Shown one piece after another: positions 29,067 through 32,000 of a DNA stretch of 32,000 nucleotides. The stretch is from Geobacter metallireducens GS-15 (lineage in GTDB: Bacteria; Desulfobacterota; Desulfuromonadia; Geobacterales; Geobacteraceae). Position 1 is the first letter of the stretch; each line of letters starts with the position of its first letter. The notes beneath the pieces were generated by a model, which did no database searches, was not told where the DNA came from, and saw nothing but the letters and a program-made list of their open reading frames with translations. Where the stretch lies: NCBI RefSeq assembly GCF_000012925.1, contig NC_007517.1:3750001-3782000 (forward strand), in the 5' to 3' direction. The position numbers and the translations under genes are program-made.

Positions 29067-29939
29067 ATGAAAAAGATTTATTTCATAACCGCTCTTCTCC
29101 TCATTCTGAACTCTCTGGCACTCGCTCGGATTGCGGCGGCCCTGGTGGGCTATCGCCTGTCCCATACCCTTCAGAGCACCGTCAATCGTACCCACAACGC
29201 CGTGAAACCGGCCCAATCAGAGGCGCTGTCAGCGTATGCGCCCATTGTCGAAAAGGGGCTCTTCGGGCGTGCGGCACAGGGGAAGTTGACACTCCTCACA
29301 GCAACAGCACCAGTTGCCAAGGGAAGCAACCCGCCATCCGCTCAAGGGGACCTTGTCCTCGTCGGCACGGTACGGGGCTCATTCCGGGAGACCTTTGCCC
29401 TGATCAGGCGAACCACGCCGCCCGAGGAGCGGGTTTTCAGGCTCGGCGACCAGGTTTTCGAACGGGGCCCCCTCGTGAGCGTCCAAAAGGAGAGTGTCGA
29501 AATTCTGTCCGGCGGAAAGCGGGTCAAATTGCTGACACCTCAGGCGACACCGTCTGAATCACCGGCATCTCCTTCCCCCCAGGGACCTGCCGTGACAGGC
29601 GGGGCAACCCAAACCGGATCGGGGACCTTCGTCGTCGACCAACGGCTCCTGAATGCGGCCCTCGACAACATCGGCCAGGCCATGACCGACGCCCGGCTCC
29701 TCCCCAGCGTCAAGGACGGCAAAGTGGAGGGGTTCCGCGTTTCGGAGGTGAAACCGTCAGGGGTCTTTGCCATGGTAGGCATCAAAAACGGCGATGTGCT
29801 GCACAAAATAAACGATCTCCCCGTTGACTCCCCTGAACGGGCTATCCAGTCCCTTGCCTCCCTCAAGGGGCAGAACCGGATCAAGCTCGATCTGGTACGG
29901 GACGGGCAACCGTCAACGTTCAGTTACGACATACGCTAA
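29067..29939 (+). CDS. gspC: type II secretion system protein C (PDZ domain)
   Basis: 290 aa with an N-terminal membrane anchor (IYFITALLLILNSLALA), a Pro/Ser/Thr/Gly-rich linker and a C-terminal PDZ-like segment (GFRVSEVKPSGVFAMVGIKNGDVLHKINDLPVDSPE). Directly upstream of the secretin. Confidence 0.8.
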   Translation: MKKIYFITALLLILNSLALARIAAALVGYRLSHTLQSTVNRTHNAVKPAQSEALSAYAPIVEKGLFGRAAQGKLTLLTATAPVAKGSNPPSAQGDLVLVGTVRGSFRETFALIRRTTPPEERVFRLGDQVFERGPLVSVQKESVEILSGGKRVKLLTPQATPSESPASPSPQGPAVTGGATQTGSGTFVVDQRLLNAALDNIGQAMTDARLLPSVKDGKVEGFRVSEVKPSGVFAMVGIKNGDVLHKINDLPVDSPERAIQSLASLKGQNRIKLDLVRDGQPSTFSYDIR

Positions 29940-29989
29940 TCCAGGTCCGGGCCATCCCGAACCAGCAGACGCTTCACCCGGAGGCATTC

Positions 29990-31900
29990 GTGATCATACG
30001 CTTCTCAGCAGGGCTCGCCTCGGCGGCACTTCTCCTCTCTCTCCTGGCCCCCGTGCCAGCCATGGCCAAGGGGGTGGTTCTCAACTTCAGCGATGTGGAT
30101 ATCGCCACCATGGTGAAGTTCATCAGCGACCTCACCGGTAAGAACTTCGTCATGGACGAACGGGTGAAGGGGAAGATCTCGGTCTATTCCCCTTCGAAGC
30201 TCTCGTCCGACGAAGCCTTCAACGTCTTCACATCAGTGCTGGAACTGAAGGGATTCACCATCGTACCGGCAGGAAGGGTCTACAAGATCATCCCGACGTC
30301 CCAGGCGAAGCAGTCGGGGATGAAGCTCCTCACGGAGAAGGACCGGGGACCGGTCAGCGACGCCTACGTGGCCCGAATTATTCCCCTCGAAAGAATCTCG
30401 GCCCAGGAGGCGGTGACCTTTCTCCAGCCCATCGTTTCCAAGGATGGCTACATCGCCGCCTTCGGCGCCAACAACATGCTCATGGTGGTGGATTCGGCCC
30501 TGAACATCCAGAAGCTGACCGGCATCCTCGCCCAGGTTGATTCGCTCCAGAAGCGCGAGGGAACCGAAACCGTCTTCCTCAAGAACGCCTCGGCGGAAAG
30601 CGTGGCAACGGTGATCCGCGAATGGCTCGGCGGCAAGGGGAGCCGGCCGGCCGCCGCTGGTCAGGGCGGGCAACAGACCACCTCCGCCGCCGGCGTGCTC
30701 GTCATTCCCGACAACCGACTCAACGCCCTCGTCATCTCCGGCAACGACCGCGACAAGGAAGACATCAAGAAGCTGGTCGCCCTGATAGACGTCGTTCCCC
30801 CCACTTCGAGCAGCAAGATCAACGTCTACTACCTGGAGAATGCCGATGCCACCGAGGTGGGTAAAGTCCTCGACGGCATCATCAAAGGTGTCCCTCTCCC
30901 GGGCCAGCAGGGGGGAGCGCCCGCAACGGCCCCTGCCCAATCCCCCTTCGAGGGGGGCAAGATTTCCGTCACCCCCGACAAGGCCACCAACTCCCTGGTG
31001 ATCATGGCCTCGCCGGTCGACTACCAGAACCTCCTCCAGGTGATCCAGAAACTGGACAAGCGACGCCGCCAGGTATTCGTACAGGCGGTCATTGCCGAAG
31101 TCTCCCTCGACAAGGCGAAAGAACTGGGCCTCCAGTTGGCCGTGAGCGGCGGAGGGACAGCCGGCAACACGGCTGAGGCAGGGGTCTTCGATCCCTTCAA
31201 CTTCGTGGGGGGGGCTTCTCCGCAACAGGCAGCAATCCTCAACGTACTCACCGGATTTGCCGGCTCAAGCAACCTGCAACTGGGAGGGGTCCTCAAGGCT
31301 CTCATCTCCAACGGCGCCGTGAACGTCCTCTCCACACCCAACATTCTGACCTCCGACAACAAGGAAGCCGAGATCTTCGTGGGCGAGAACGTGCCGTTTC
31401 TCACCCAGACAAACCTCACATCCACGGGCCTTTCCCAGCAGTCCATCGAGCGGAAGGACACCGGCATCACGCTCCGGATCACCCCCCAGATCAGCGAGGG
31501 GGAATTCGTGAAGCTCGACATCTACCAGGAGATCTCGGCCGTCAAGGATAGCGTCGGCCAGGCCAAGGACCTGGTCACCACCAAGCGCTCGGCCAAGACC
31601 GCCGTGGTGGTGAAGGACAAGGACACCGTGGTCATCGGCGGGCTCATCCAGGACCGCGACACCGAAACAATCAACAAGATCCCGATCCTCGGCGACATCC
31701 CGCTCCTGGGGTGGTTTTTCAAGACCAAATCGGCCCGGCGGGAAAAGACCAATCTGATGATCGTCCTCACCCCGCGGATTATCCGCGGTGCCCAGGAAAT
31801 GGCTGAGGTGTCGAACCTTCAGAAGGGAACGTTCGACAACGCGGTGAGGATGGATATCCCCTTCAGCCTCGACCGGGAAGAACTGAAGACGAAGCAATGA
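29990..31900 (+). CDS. gspD: type II secretion system secretin GspD
   Basis: 636 aa, GTG start with GGAGG upstream, signal peptide (…LLAPVPAMAKG), repeated N-domains and a secretin C-domain including KIPILGDIPLLGWFFKT. Confidence 0.9.
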   Translation: MIIRFSAGLASAALLLSLLAPVPAMAKGVVLNFSDVDIATMVKFISDLTGKNFVMDERVKGKISVYSPSKLSSDEAFNVFTSVLELKGFTIVPAGRVYKIIPTSQAKQSGMKLLTEKDRGPVSDAYVARIIPLERISAQEAVTFLQPIVSKDGYIAAFGANNMLMVVDSALNIQKLTGILAQVDSLQKREGTETVFLKNASAESVATVIREWLGGKGSRPAAAGQGGQQTTSAAGVLVIPDNRLNALVISGNDRDKEDIKKLVALIDVVPPTSSSKINVYYLENADATEVGKVLDGIIKGVPLPGQQGGAPATAPAQSPFEGGKISVTPDKATNSLVIMASPVDYQNLLQVIQKLDKRRRQVFVQAVIAEVSLDKAKELGLQLAVSGGGTAGNTAEAGVFDPFNFVGGASPQQAAILNVLTGFAGSSNLQLGGVLKALISNGAVNVLSTPNILTSDNKEAEIFVGENVPFLTQTNLTSTGLSQQSIERKDTGITLRITPQISEGEFVKLDIYQEISAVKDSVGQAKDLVTTKRSAKTAVVVKDKDTVVIGGLIQDRDTETINKIPILGDIPLLGWFFKTKSARREKTNLMIVLTPRIIRGAQEMAEVSNLQKGTFDNAVRMDIPFSLDREELKTKQ

Positions 31901-32000
31901 CCGATACCCACGACGTGGAACGCATAGCCGAAAGGCTCGGTATCCCTTTCACGGCCGAAATCGAGGAAGGTGAAGCCGACTTGACGCTCCTGGCCCGGCT
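31897..32000 (+). CDS. gspE: type II secretion ATPase GspE, 5' fragment (runs off the window)
   Basis: ATG overlaps the gspD stop (ATGA). Only 34 codons are visible (MTDTHDVERIAERLGIPFTAEIEEGEADLTLLAR). Assigned mainly from the canonical gspC-D-E order. Confidence 0.5.
   Translation, partial: MTDTHDVERIAERLGIPFTAEIEEGEADLTLLAR

Overview
This is a chromosomal window made almost entirely of core-metabolism genes. The gene order (hemL next to nuoA-N; atpZ-atpI-atpB-atpE, pepA, htrA, gspCDE) matches my recollection of Geobacter/Desulfuromonadales genomes; no search was run to confirm that. Left to right: ttcA (-), then priA, def, fmt and a DUF116-like gene (+). Next is a non-coding gap of about 0.5 kb holding a 1368-bp IS256-family element with an 8-bp target duplication, imperfect 28-nt inverted repeats and a frame-broken transposase. 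A complete 14-gene complex I operon, nuoA-nuoN, lies on the minus strand (7549-22563) with a rho-independent terminator. hemL is divergent from it, followed by the F0 half of the ATP synthase (atpZ-atpI-atpB-atpE) ending in a bidirectional terminator. pepA and htrA/degP (-) come next, then the start of a type II secretion cluster (gspC, gspD, 5' end of gspE). I recognised no rRNA, tRNA, CRISPR array, prophage or defence-type genes. I find no support for a novel multi-gene system here; apart from the IS, the region is ordinary. Points worth a second look: (1) the transposase frames meet on a 10-nt unit whose duplication would restore one ORF; (2) NuoF is 591 aa, with an N-terminal thioredoxin-like domain missing one Cys ligand and a C-terminal 2x[4Fe-4S] domain; (3) the ATP synthase c subunit has a partial Na+-site signature; (4) codon usage and GC differ strongly between the distal nuo genes and the flanking genes; (5) a conserved unknown (DUF116-like) gene is translationally coupled to fmt. 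All coordinates and motif calls come from reading the sequence and ORF track by eye. Family assignments come from remembered motifs, not database searches.
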